A stretch of 64,000 bases of DNA from Paraspadella gotoi. Lineage: Eukaryota > Animalia > Chaetognatha. Made by a program: the position numbers and the translations under genes. The stretch spans positions 10,584,883 through 10,648,882 of the forward strand of contig CM119269.1 of the NCBI GenBank assembly GCA_051294375.1. The letters run 5' to 3'. Under the pieces are notes generated by a model. The model ran no database searches, was not told the origin of the DNA, and was given only the letters and a program-made list of their open reading frames with translations. Shown here piece by piece: positions 28,545-51,397 of the stretch; the stretch's first letter is position 1, and each line of letters opens with the position of its first letter.

Positions 28545-28875
28545 GTGAGGAAGACGACGACGATCAAAAGGAAAACGACAAAAACGACGCCACCGGTCGG
28601 TCAAAGTGAATACGATGACAATGACGATGACGATCAAAACAAAAATGACGAAAATGACACCACCAGTCGGTTAAAGGGAAAACGACGACGACGACAACGA
28701 CGATAAAAACAAAAATGACGCCACCGGTCGGTCAAAGGGAAAACGACGACGACGACGACGATAAAAACGAAAACGACGAAAACGACGCCACCGGTCGGTC
28801 AAAGGGAAAACAACGACGACGACGACGACGATCAAAACGAAAACGACGAAAACGACGCCACGACGACGACGACGC
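28545..28875. repeat. Minisatellite: about five copies of a 60-70-bp (GAC)n-containing unit
   Basis: Recurrent gacgacgacgat(c/a)aaaac...gacgccaccggtcggtcaaagggaaa; unit lengths vary with the number of GAC triplets. Confidence 0.85.
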
Positions 28876-30168
28876 CAACGATGACTACCGAGACCCTTGA
28901 CCGTTTCTGTGCTCAACGTCCACCATTTCCGTCGGTCAAACGGGACGGGGTCGACGACTCCGCCTCTCGCGATGATGGGACCAACCGAGAGTCTTGCGGA
29001 CCGAAGGAGAGACTTCGGACGTCGGACGGAGTAAGACTGAAACGGGGCATCGGAGCCAACGAAAGAAAGGAATTAAGACCGAGGATGAACCGGGCACGAT
29101 AACTTATGTTATGATAAGAATGGGGGCACGGAGAGTTCAAGATCAGGACTTATGCCTTAACTTTATAATTTACTTGGGAGATATAGCTCTTTTTGTACTA
29201 ACTTCGTGTACCTACAATGAGAGAACGGTTACAAATAGAAAGAAAACAAAATTATATTTTAATCTAGGATAATTTTTCTTTTGATCGACGTTAAAAAAGT
29301 CTTTAAAAATGAATCGTGAAATGATGTATTTTACACTTTTTGTATCTCATGTCCTATTTTTACGCGCAATTGTTGCTCCCAAGATTTCTTGATACGTTGG
29401 AGAAAAAAGAAGGAACGGCTAGATTCGAACACGAGGCCGATGAACCACGGCAGCGCCCTCTAGACGAAGCGGTTTTCCAACCTTATCGGAACGCCAACGG
29501 AGAACCGAGATTGAGGTCCCAATGTCCCGTCGTAATCAGGAGACACGATTGCTTTCCAATAACATTACGAAAGAGGCCTCTCTTTGGCACGCCCTCTCGG
29601 CTCTTCCACGCCCATAACGCTCTCTTTTTCTTCCTACCCTTCCTATTATTCCACTTTCATTTTTCCTTATTTATATCAGACTTTTTAGACTTTTTCTGAA
29701 ACTTTTTACCTTAAAAATTACGTATTCCATTTTTTTAAAAAATTAACTCTTCCCCCTCTCTCCGTCCAACCAAAGCCCCCTTTTTCCCCCTCCCCACTTA
29801 CCCCACTCGCCCAAACTCTACCCATTTCCACCCGAATTCCCCGCGGGTCGCCCCGGGTCGGTTCCACGGATTCTCGCGGGAGACGCTGAACTTTCCTGCT
29901 CCGCCGCGTCTTTTGCCTTTTGAGGGACGCTGGCTTCGCTCGGGAATCGAAATTCCGTCCTCAACGAGATCGAACGCAGCGGAAATCGCTTCGTAACGAG
30001 TTTTAAAAGCGGACATCGAGAAACGATCAATAGTTATGTTTGTAGAAAATTACATGACGGAAAATGTATTTCTGTCATTTTGCCCGCTATGTATTACTTG
30101 GAGAAACTCGATATTCTGGTCTTTCCGTAGAATTTTCATCTGGAACCGAGTCTAACATCCGTCTCTAG

Positions 30169-30262
<94 letters not shown>

Positions 30263-30906
30263 AAAAGTTATGGCATCCCGTGGAGCGATCAGAACGATGA
30301 AAGGAAAAATACAATAAATATTTTCGGTGGGAAAATTTCATGACTCTTGGATTCTCGGCTTCTTCGTCTATATGGAATGGTAGAAGGAATCGTAAAGAAT
30401 CTTTGGAAATTCAAGGCTTTTCCCCGGAGAGGGAAAGGAATGAGGGAACGAGGGGAAGGGATCGACTGGGGAACGAGGGAGAGGAAGTGGGGAAGGGGAT
30501 ATTGATTATGACGGGGAGATAGCCGATGGGGGAAAGACAGCTGAGGAAAGAAAAGCCTTTGAACAGAAGCGTAAGTGACAAAAATTAACGAGTCAAAGCG
30601 AGGGACAGAAAAGTCCATTAGAGAGAGTAAAAATAACGAAGCTTAAGCATTCACACTGGGGGCCAAAAAGCATTAGAGTGCAAAGCCGATGCTCGAAGGT
30701 TAACGGGAGAATACGTGGCTCAAAAGAAAATAAGGAACAGAAAACTCTTTTAACACTAAAGATAGACAAGCTGCCGAAAAAGACAGAAAAGTCGACGTCA
30801 AAGACGAGTTGGAACCAACGACGCCAAAGAAGGACAAAGAAACCGACGGCGAAGATGACATCCGAATTTCCAATTTAGAAAATAATAGACCCTCGGGGTC
30901 AGTGGG

Positions 30907-30970
<64 letters not shown>

Positions 30971-32940
30971 TACAGAGAGAGAAGCATTCCGAGAATCCTT
31001 TTATATTCAGAGCAGAAAAGATCGTAGCGATGTTTCAAACTTTTCACGCGATTTCAATTTTCGAGTAAGAAACTCCAAATTCAATTTCGATATTCCATTT
31101 CGAATATTCTCCGTCGTGGAAATGATTTTTTGAAAAGAGTTTTATTGGAGTTTCGGTTTGCTTATTTAAAGGAATATTCTATGCACGTTATTCGCGCTCC
31201 CTGAGATATGAAAAAAATATCGTTGCCGAAATTTATTCAAAATCTTTCTTAATGAAAAATTAATGAAAGTAAATTTGCTGAATTGTGTCCATATTAAAGT
31301 TTTGTGGTATATTATTTCGTCTATACCAATGATATTTCCGACACCATTTGCGACCGACTGTTTCAATACCCATCTAGCAAAGCACTCAAAAACATATTCA
31401 CTTATTCATATTTCATATTTTACTTACTTGCAAAAGTTAATGGGTTCAAAAAGCCTTTTCAAAATATATGTGCAGTGAAAATTTTTTTTCCCCGCATGAG
31501 TGACGATTGTAATTTTCCTCAGTCAGAATTGCTCAAACGTGACAGAGTCTGGGGGTCAGAATATTCAATCGATTTCTGAATGATAAAAAAAAACTAAAGT
31601 CTGACTACCCACGCTTCCCCCCTCCTTAAAAAAAAATCGATTTTTCCCCCCTCGAATTTCTGGGAAAAAAAAATTTAATGCGATTCAAACTGAGTTTTTC
31701 CCTTGGGGGTCATTCCATCTCTGGGGGATTTCAGAGTGGACGAGGTGGTTCCGGGGTGGTTCCTTCTCCCCGGGGAGGAAGGGAGGTGGATCGAGAAGAG
31801 AGAGACGGGTTGCGATGTTTTCGAAAAAAAATGACGTAGAAGCGATGAATTTATCTCCCTTAACCTAGTTGTTTATTTCCAATTTCCTCTGTCCGTTTTT
31901 CATCCCGATTTTTTTTTCATGGGCGAGTCAGTTCGTCAGTTCGTCCATTCGTCCATCACCAATCGATTTGGGCGAATAAATTCAATACTTAAGTTTAAGG
32001 TCAAATGATTTAAAGAGATTAATTTCACGATTAGTTTAAAGAATGACGTGAACATAAAAATCCATTCATAACGTCCAAACTAATATATTATCTTTTCGTT
32101 CACCCATGCATCTATCAGGCCGATCTATCCTTCCTTGAGTCATTCCGCCACAGATCGTCCCCTCACGCCCCCAGATCTCAGACATGTCATTTCTAACGCC
32201 CCCATTGCCCCCATTGCGCCCTGTTCCCACCTTCAATCCCCAGTCGAAACCTCCAACCATATTTCAGCCACTCCTGCCCTCAGCTCCTACTTTCCGACAC
32301 CCCCGTTCCGTCCTCCGATTCTCTGTCACCTCAGTTCCCTGTCATCCTTTCCCACCCTCAATCAACCCTTCCCACCCTCTTTTAGTCCTAGTTCCCTATC
32401 ATATTTTTTAACCCTTTGTAACCCCCTTCTGCCTGTCGTCAACCCTGTCCCTGTCACCACCTCCCTTCCTCTGTCACTCCTTTTCAGCCTTGTCACGTCC
32501 CTCAACTCTCCCATCCTCCATATTCCCGCTTCCCCTGTCATCCCCTCGCGCCGTCTGTGATCCTTCGTCCCTTGTCAGCCCCTCTTACCCCTCTCACCTT
32601 TAGTCTGCCCCCTTCCCCTGTCACCCTCCCGCTCTGACTCCATTTCAAAACGACGGCGCCGAAATAAAAGGAAATTTTCGCGGAATGGGAATCGAACGGC
32701 GAAATGGGGAAGGAGGGCAGGGAGATCTCTCTCTCTTTTTCTCACTCTCTCTCTCTCCCCCACCCTCTCTCCTTCTGCCTTCTCTTCCTTTTCTCTCTCC
32801 TCCCTTTCTGACTCTCTCTCTCTCTGAATTTTCATCCTGGAAATGAAATTTTGATGCCGGGCCTGTTGCGAGTCGGCGCTTGAAGTTGTCGTTGTGGTCG
32901 TTGCCGACGGGAGGAGTTTTGATCTTCCTTGGTTTGTTTC

Positions 32941-33024
32941 CTCAATTCCGTCAATTCCGGCGTCAATTTCGGCGTCAATTCCGGCGTCATTTCCTTCGTC
33001 ATTTCCAGCTTCAATTCACGCGTC
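32941..33024. repeat. 12-bp tandem repeat (tcaattccggcg)
   Basis: Five to six degenerate copies. Confidence 0.7.
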
Positions 33025-34370
33025 ACATTCGGAGCTTTGAGGTTATTGTTGAAACGGCGTAAAGAATGATTGGGCATTTAACTTACAAAGGGTAGTTTGT
33101 CAAATATTTATTTAGCAAGAATGGAGTAACGTACTAATAACAAAACAGTTTTTTAAAACTTCATCAATTTTTAAAATGAAGGAAAAAACACACTTCATTA
33201 ATGTTTTTTTTTTTTACTTTGATAAACATTATATTTTTTCTTTTGATATGCGATGACCAAGTAAAAAAAAAAGAATAATCAAAGCATATGTAATACAAGT
33301 TCAGTCTGAAAAGTTTCTTTAGTATAAACATGTGTCAAGAAAGTCCTATCACGACAGGTTCAAAAAATTCCTTCTTAAAAACACGCCAACTTTTTGTCGA
33401 ATTCTTTTCCCCCGTTACTTAATATTTGTAAAAAGCCCCCCCCGCCTCACCCCCTTAATTTGGCCCGCGATCATCCGTCGAAGAGAAACGGGGGAGGCTC
33501 CAAACGTGCGCGCGACATTAATAGTCGTGGGGCGCCGAGTCGATGGCAACGGGGGCGCACGTGTCGGGCGCGCGTGCGGGCGCGCGGATAGGACGCACGC
33601 ACGACTGGTCGGGGCACAATAGGAAAACGAGACAATGAGCGGGCGGTTTGTTCGGGGAAAGTGGTTTGGGGGGGGGAAGGGGGATGGGGGGGGATAAAGG
33701 GGATGAGAGTTTGATGACGAGTTGAGACGACAAACGTTGCGGAGAGAGACGACGAGAAAGGGAAAACGGACTCGAGCAAAAAAAATGTTTTTTTTTTTTG
33801 TAAAGTGGTGGAGCGGAACTTTGAAAATGTTTTTTTTTTTCTTTTTTTTCGTCAAAGTGGAAAAAAGTGTTGCGATGGCGACAGGGACGGCAATGACGAC
33901 GACTATAGAGTCGGCGGCGGCGGCGATAACAACGATGATTATGGCAATTGAGATAGCGTCGAGGAAATAATGGCAACGGGAATGTTATTAGCGTATTGTA
34001 CGGTGGGAGCGATCATTGAGTTTTTAATAATGACGACCACGAGAAAAACGGCAAGGACCGACGCCGTCACGGCAAGAGTGTCGGCGATGGAGTTGGACGA
34101 CGGCGATACACCTCCCCTTGGAAGACTGATAGCGCGAAGAAAAGGAGCACTGTAACGATTACGGCTCATGCCAAAGTGTTGATGATGATGACACAAAGAT
34201 GACAAGGATGATGATGATGGAAAGAATGACAATAATGTCAGCATCGATGATGATTTTGGCGATGGTTTTGATGAAGACGTCGATGACGGAAATGACAACC
34301 ACAATAAAATTTCGTGGGACAACAACAACGATGATGATGAAAACGACCATCGCTAAGATGATGGCTCAGT

Positions 34371-34782
34371 GGATGGTCTTGATGACGGTGATAATGACAA
34401 AAAGGAACACCGCGACAATGATGGCAGAAGCAATGCTCTTGATGATGGTGATAATGACAAAAAGGAACACTGCGACAATGATTGCAGATGCGACGGTCTT
34501 TATGACGGTGATAATGACAAAAAGGAAAACCGCAACAATGATGGCAGATGCAATGGTTTTTATGATGGTGATAATGACAAAAAGGAACACCCCAACAATG
34601 ATGGCAGATGCAATGGTTTTGATGATGGTGATAATGACAAAAGGGAACACCGCAACAATGATGGCAGATGCGATGGTCTTGATGACGGTGATTATGACAA
34701 AAAGGAACACCTTGACAATGATGGCAGATGCAATGGTCTTGATGACGGTGATAATGACAAAAAGGAACACCGCGACAATGAC
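34371..34782. repeat. Minisatellite: about seven copies of an exact 60-bp unit
   Basis: The unit gatgacggtgataatgacaaaaaggaacaccgcgacaatgatggcagatgcaatggtctt aligns line-by-line from 34381 with no indels. Confidence 0.95.
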
Positions 34783-36980
34783 AGAACGGGCGACGTCGGG
34801 AAAAACCGAATATGGGGGAAAAAAGCCGACGCAAGACTTTTTTCGATGAAGGATTTGGTGGGGGAAAATGAAGAGGAGGAGGAGGAGGAGGAGGAGGAGG
34901 AGGATGTGGATTTTGATGAAGGTGACGATGATACGACGAGGAGGAAATATGATGACGAACATGATGATGATGATGAATATAATGACAATTATAGAAGCAA
35001 AATCATCTATGAAGCAAACTAATAAACAATGTAGAAAAGTAAAATCCATAAATAGGCTTAATGATAAAACAGAACATGAACCAATGGGACTTTAAATCAT
35101 TTACTACCTGATGAAAATGAGATTGATTAATTCAATCTTATTTAGTAATATTCTCAGAATCTATTTCTTACAAAATGTTGCAAATGATGATCACGACGAT
35201 GATTCAGATGATAATTACGAAACCAAATTCTTTTGAAATTTGTACAATCAATATAAAAATTATTTGAGATATTATCTTGCATGAAATACCAAGCCAAAAA
35301 CCGAACTGATTTAAAAAAATCAAAAAAATCATTTGAATGAAAAATTTGGTCTGCAGCCAACTCCGCCAACACTTGACACGAATGTTAGCAAAGGTTGTTT
35401 CATAACAGAAGGAGCAATCAAATACTAGGAAAATTCGACACGGTCTGGCTAACACGAATAGAGTTTTAATATTATATTTTAAGGAAAAATCTTTAGATGG
35501 CAAGACGGAAATTACTGTGAAGGAAAATCTTATTTCTGATTTTGAAACCATATTTGCAGTCGCTCAACCTACAAATTAACAATTAATATATAATTCCCAA
35601 AGAAATATGAACTCATATCTTCGATGTTTCGTCTTTTTTTTATTTGGCTAATTAGGAATCTTTATTTTATCTCAAATCAAACGAACCAAAAAGAAAGAAA
35701 AAAATCATGCTATAACTCATAGTATAAGAGTTATTTTTCAATCACTAAGTTTTTATTTTAAAACGGACGAACTTATGGCGGCGATCATTGTGGCCGAAGC
35801 AGCCGAAGCAGCCAAAGCAGCCCCAATAAGAAGGATAACGACGACGACGACGACGACCCTAACTTTTCCCACACATTTATATGGAGGTCGACGTTTTACT
35901 TTGGCATCTGAGCGCCATCTTCCCGTCGCGCCATCTGCGCCATTTCGCAGCGGCATTTCGCATCTCTCTCTCTCTCTCTCCCCCTCCCCTCCCGCACATC
36001 CTTCTCCTCGTGAGAGCTTTTTACCGATAAAATTGCGGGTCGTGAAGATGCGACGCCATCGCGTGAAAAGGGGATCTTTGGGAAAGAGAGAGAGAGACAA
36101 AAAGATAGCGAATGTGAGGGTAAAGTAATAATAAATAAAGTGTTGTGAGGACGTTTTTATTGTTCGGAGTAAGCCAAAGAAAGAACAGTCGAGAACTTAT
36201 GTACGATAATTTTTTCAGAATTCCCTCTGCTTTACATTTGACTTTTTAGTTGTTATAAACGAAGTTTTCAAAAGTTACGCGAGCTCGCCCAGCTGCATGG
36301 AAATTTCAACATTAAATACTACTTTTCTTATTTTAAACGGACAATCGTTAGATTCCCAATCCTACTTTCAAAATAGCTTTAACAATTGATCGCTCTGATC
36401 ACGCGATTCATTCTTTTCCTGTTTTTCTTTGGAATTTCGAATTCCACCCTTTTTTTTTCTTTAACTTTTTTGTTTTGAAGAGAATTCTTTCGCGGTGACT
36501 GCAAAGGTGACTTTGGCGACGCTCATGAATAACGAATCAGGATCAAAACGTTGGTGTTGTTGTTGTAGTTGTTTTAGTTGCTGTTTTTTTGCCAGCTCTT
36601 TGGCTTTGATAAAATTGTTATTTGTTTTCAGTGACAGCTTTTAAATTTATTAAATTTTTAAAATATTTTGTTTATTAAGTGATTTTTTTTTAAAAACTCT
36701 TTTCATGGCAATTCTCATATTTGCGAAAATTCTGCTATTTTGTTTGCCTCCTGAGCTTAGAATTACCTCGCTCCCGTCCTCTTGAGAGACACGTCAGAGT
36801 TAAAAACAAAAGAACATTTAATTTCATATCTTTTGAATGACGCACCAATAAGAAAATTCACAAAAGTATACAACTGGAAGAACATAAAAAAACAGACGGC
36901 ACCAAATATTGGCAAGATTTAGTGATACATTAGTCTCGAATTTTAGTAATACATTAGTCTCGAAGTAACTCGGGCGCCCC

Positions 36981-46967
<9,987 letters not shown>

Positions 46968-47188
46968 TTTAGTGGACCTTCAGTTGCCAGGCATAAATTT
47001 CGTGTTCGCGTTAATACATTTTGAAAGCTTCGTTTTTGCATTGGAATGATTGGCAAGTAAACAATAAGAGTGTAAATGTAATGTAATTATGAAAGTTGCA
47101 AAATTACTTGTTTCACTATCTTTTTTTTTTAGATTTAAAATAACTATTATATTATAATATTTTTACTGTTTTACTATGTGTATTTCTA

Positions 47189-47355
47189 AGAGAGACGAAA
47201 GTTTTGGTTTTGACAACAAGGATTTTTATTTAAAATTAAAATCGTACATTTTTTTAGACTCATGATTTCGAATCTTCATCAGCGTTGATGAAACGTGTAC
47301 GATTTTAATTTTAAATAAAAACCTTTGTTGTTAAAACCAAAACTTTCCTCTCTCT
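47189..47355. repeat. Inverted repeat (~60-bp arms, ~48-bp loop) ~220 bp upstream of the Cav2 start codon
   Basis: agagagacgaaagttttggttttgacaacaag...aaaatcgtaca pairs with tgtacgatttt...ttgttgttaaaaccaaaactttcctctctct. Confidence 0.8.
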
Positions 47356-49030
47356 CAAACTTACAAAAACAAGAAAGGAAAGGTTTAATACATTATGTTC
47401 ATTTCATAATATAATATATTTAATTTTAAATACTAATTAGCCATTACTTATAGATAAATAAAAATATCTTTGTTTCACTTGACAATCAATTAACATTAAA
47501 ATCGTCTTATCCTTTTGTCGGCGTCGCTGCTGAACGGTTAATCCTTTCTTTCTATAGCCATTTAAAAAAAAGATTTGACTCGCGTGTTCTTTATGTATTC
47601 GTTTTAGTTTCTTTATTTTGCTTCCGTTTATATTTGTGGATACTCTTGACTAACGCGTATATTTAAAATGTTGAATTTTGTTCTCATTCCTTATCTTCGA
47701 AAGATTATTGGGGGAGATTTGTTTAGTCGTTCCGCCGACCAATCGAAAAACTGTAAGAAATAATAATTATTTTGTTAACTGTGTACTTATTTTGGATTAA
47801 TTATTATTTTTATATACTTAGCCACGATTCATCGAAAATACCGAAGATAAAAAACCTTACATAATTTTCTTTGATGAAACAAGACACACTTCTTCGATGT
47901 TTACGTACGTAAACATCGTGAAAAAATTGTAAATTATTTTTTTTCCAAGTCGCATTCTCTCCCTTTTTTTTGTCAAATCGGTTGACAACCGCGTAGGGGT
48001 GACAGCTCAGTTAGTTGAAGGTGCGATCTTAACTGATATGGATTAAAAAAGCGAGGACAGAACAATGATTTGCAAATCAGATTCGGTCGTCTCTAAAAAG
48101 AATTAGCTTCGTGTTTCAAATCCTTTTTTTAAAAGAAAAAAAAAACCGGAGTAAATTTTCGAATCCCCTAAAAATAATAAACACGTAACCGAGAATTTTT
48201 TTTTTCGTGTAGGGGAAAATCGATACTACATAAGACGGATCCATTTTCAGTATTTGGACTTGGGTCTAAATCGCGTTTGACTCTCCCATAAGTCGACAGA
48301 AATATGATCGCTGAGATCGTATGTTATTTGCAAAATGCTTTTGTATTTCTTTTGTTTTCTTCTGTAATCGGAGATCTGACGATTGCAATAAGGATAAACA
48401 TACGTAAAGTTGGTAAACCTATTCATATATATTGCATGAACGAAGTCTGGATTTTTTCATTTTTTTTTAGTTTACACACTGTTCTTGGAAACAATTAGAA
48501 CCGAATATTTCACGTGACGACAGCATATGAAAAACAGGTTTGCGTAACTGAAACTTGTATTACTGGTTGTGTTGCTTATGATTTTATTAGCCAAATTAGG
48601 ATCAGGCGTGTTGTTTCAACTGAAATTATATTTTTTTTTTTGACTTAGTGAAATTTACAAAATAACTCGTCAACATGGTCGAGCTATCTTAAGCCGTTAA
48701 TATCAATATTAAAAAAAGTTATGTTCAGTTTCCATGTTAGCTTTTCTCAATTATGAATAAGTTTTTCCGTTCATGGCCCAAGCTTTTAAGGAAGAGTCGC
48801 TACTGTAGATTTACTAGTGGTAGATTTGAAAAAAAAATTGTTTAGTTTTAGTAAAAATACGTATAACTACCCCTAATCAAATATTCGAATTTTCGAAGTT
48901 ACAAAAGAAAATGTTATAACCATTAAGACTTTTATGTATATTTACAAAAAGAAACGATTATACAGCACCAAAGGCTCCAAGAAAATGAAATATCATTGCA
49001 TGCTTATACTCTAATGAATGATGATGCTAG

Positions 49031-51254
49031 TTAAAGTTTTGCTTTGGAGGATAAAGAGGAGGATACGGAGTCGGGCGCGATGTCCATCACGGACGCGATT
49101 CCCATCAGCGCCATCGTTCCACTTAGTTCGTCGCGGAGGATTTCCATGACACGAGAGACGCCCTGGCGGCCTGAAGAGAAATGAATATAAGGGAATTGAA
49201 TATTGGAGTAGACCTGAATATATCTTATTCATATTAAAAGGGCAGGAAAAAAAAAGTAGAAGTAAATAATAACAAAACAAAATCAACTTTCAGGTAAGTA
49301 TTCTAACCCAATTCAACGTATGCCTTAACTTACCCGCGACGGTGAGTCCGTGGAGGACCGGTCGCCCTACGAAGGCTCCCCGCGCTCCGAGAGCCAAAGC
49401 CTTAAAGACGTCGGCCCCCGTTCTTATTCCGCAGTCGACAAAAACCTCCACGCCTACCAAATAAATAAATAAATAAATTAACAAATAAAGAGAGAAAACA
49501 AGGAAAAAAACTCTATAAAAAATAAATAAATAATTAATTATATAATATATAAATAAATAAAAATAGGAATAAATAAATATATAAATAGATAATTTGATAC
49601 CGGATCCTTTAAGAGCCTCAACGACTGATGGGAGGACGTCTATCGTGGCCGGCGTCGTATCGAGTTGCCTGGCGCCGTGATTGCTGACAATGACGCCGGA
49701 GACGCCGCGACGAGCAGCTTCGATGGCGTCGTCAGGACGAAGGATGCCTTTATTCCAAGTATAAGAAGCTTTTGAATATTTACACGTCTTGTCGGAAGGC
49801 GAAGATTGGGAGAAACAGATATAGCAGTACAAATGTATCATTCACTCACTCTTCACCTTTTACTATGATTGGCAGACTGGAAATGTTTTTCAACCAATCA
49901 AGGTCTTTCCAAGTGATGCTTTGGTCGAACATTGAGCTGACATACTCGTAAATTCCGGATCCGCCATCTGAGTGTTTAGCGCTGAAAAAAGTTGACAAAG
50001 AGTTGCAAAAAAAGTCATTGACTCATAAGTGTTGAGTAAAGTTTCATTCATTCATTCATTCATTCATTCATTCATTCATTCATTCATTCATTCATTCATT
50101 CATTCATTCATTTATTAATTCATTCATTCTTCACTGCTTTTGTAAAAGTTTTCTTGTTAAATATTCACCGAGATGATCTTGCAGCGTCTTCAAAATTAGC
50201 AAGACTCATATTCGGCGGGAGTTTGAACTTGTTTCGTTCGTCTTCTCGTCTTTTTCCAAACAAAGGGGCATCAACAGTGAGTACGATCGCCTTAAATCCG
50301 GCTTTAACTGCTCGATTCACTAGATTTTGGGTCACCTATAACATTTTGTAAAAAAAAAAAAAAATCATAGTAACTGGCTATGGTTGGAGTTTTCTCTACC
50401 TAAAATTAATATATTCAAATGCTGGAGATATCTAAAGAAGTAAATTTTAAAAACATAACTAATAACCTGACGGTCTTTATAAATGTAGAGTTGAAACCAT
50501 TTAACGCCATTCGGTGCAGCGTTTTTCACTTCTTCTATACTCTTTGTTGACAGCGTACTCTGAATGTACACAGTTCCGAGATTCGAAGCTGTATTCGACG
50601 TGATAAAATACATACTGTATAATAAATACAGATCGTACGTTCTTAGATTTTGCTTTTAAAACTTTTTATTCTCGTAATTGTAGACTTGAATCACCAGCCT
50701 CTGCTGTAGCGCATTCTCCCTCAGGATGACACATGCACTGCATCGCCGTGGGTGCGATGCCGAAGGGAAACTTCACTCTAAAAACAGGAATTTTTTTTGT
50801 TTCGTGTAATATTGTAGATTTTAAAAATTAATTTAAATACGAAAATTACTTTTCCCCGAGAAAGGTGGTTGATAATATTCGATACGTCACATCCGTTCTC
50901 AACATTCGCGGCAAAAGTAGGATGCGTCTGGAAGACGTAAATATTACATCAAGTATAATAAAACAGTGTGACCTTATGAATATATAACTTCAATTTAAAA
51001 TAAAAATTATTTCTGTCGGGACCTGTAAGCGTTGATATTTTCTTGTAATGTAATTTCGTCGTCGGCGCCGCTAGCAAATAAAGTTATTTGTCGCATGAAA
51101 TTTAAATTCTCAAAGTTAGGTTTATCTTAAAGGTGTTTGCGACTTGATTTAATTGAAATTACCTTGAGTAATATCCCCCGGCATTATCGTCCCATGTAGC
51201 AGTGGCAGCGATTTCAAAATCCTTTGTGCAAACAAGTTTTTCCATTTTATTCAT
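49031..51254 (-). CDS. HAO: Peroxisomal (S)-2-hydroxy-acid oxidase (glycolate oxidase / HAO family), FMN-dependent; 10 exons, 373 aa
   Basis: Exons 51163-51254, 51023-51070, 50850-50927, 50695-50777, 50467-50588, 50169-50335, 49857-49981, 49601-49747, 49334-49453, 49031-49170 are phase-consistent. Motifs [52 protein letters not shown] and GRP. Ends SKAKL* (PTS1 peroxisomal signal). Confidence 0.96.
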
Positions 51255-51351
51255 GAGTATTTTCTTTTTAAAAAAATAATATTTAAGTTTGTGTACACAA
51301 TGTGTAACATACAAATGTACAGATAACGATTAACAATTTAATTTGCAATTG

Positions 51352-51397
<46 letters not shown>

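Noticed and set aside
35100-35560. AT-rich coding-like fragments here and at 2160-2530 (possible decayed transposon)
   Set aside because: Multiple stops and no recognisable transposase or RT motif.
47995-48060. tRNA A-box-like GACAGCTCAGTTAG
   Set aside because: No B-box, T-arm or acceptor stem follows.
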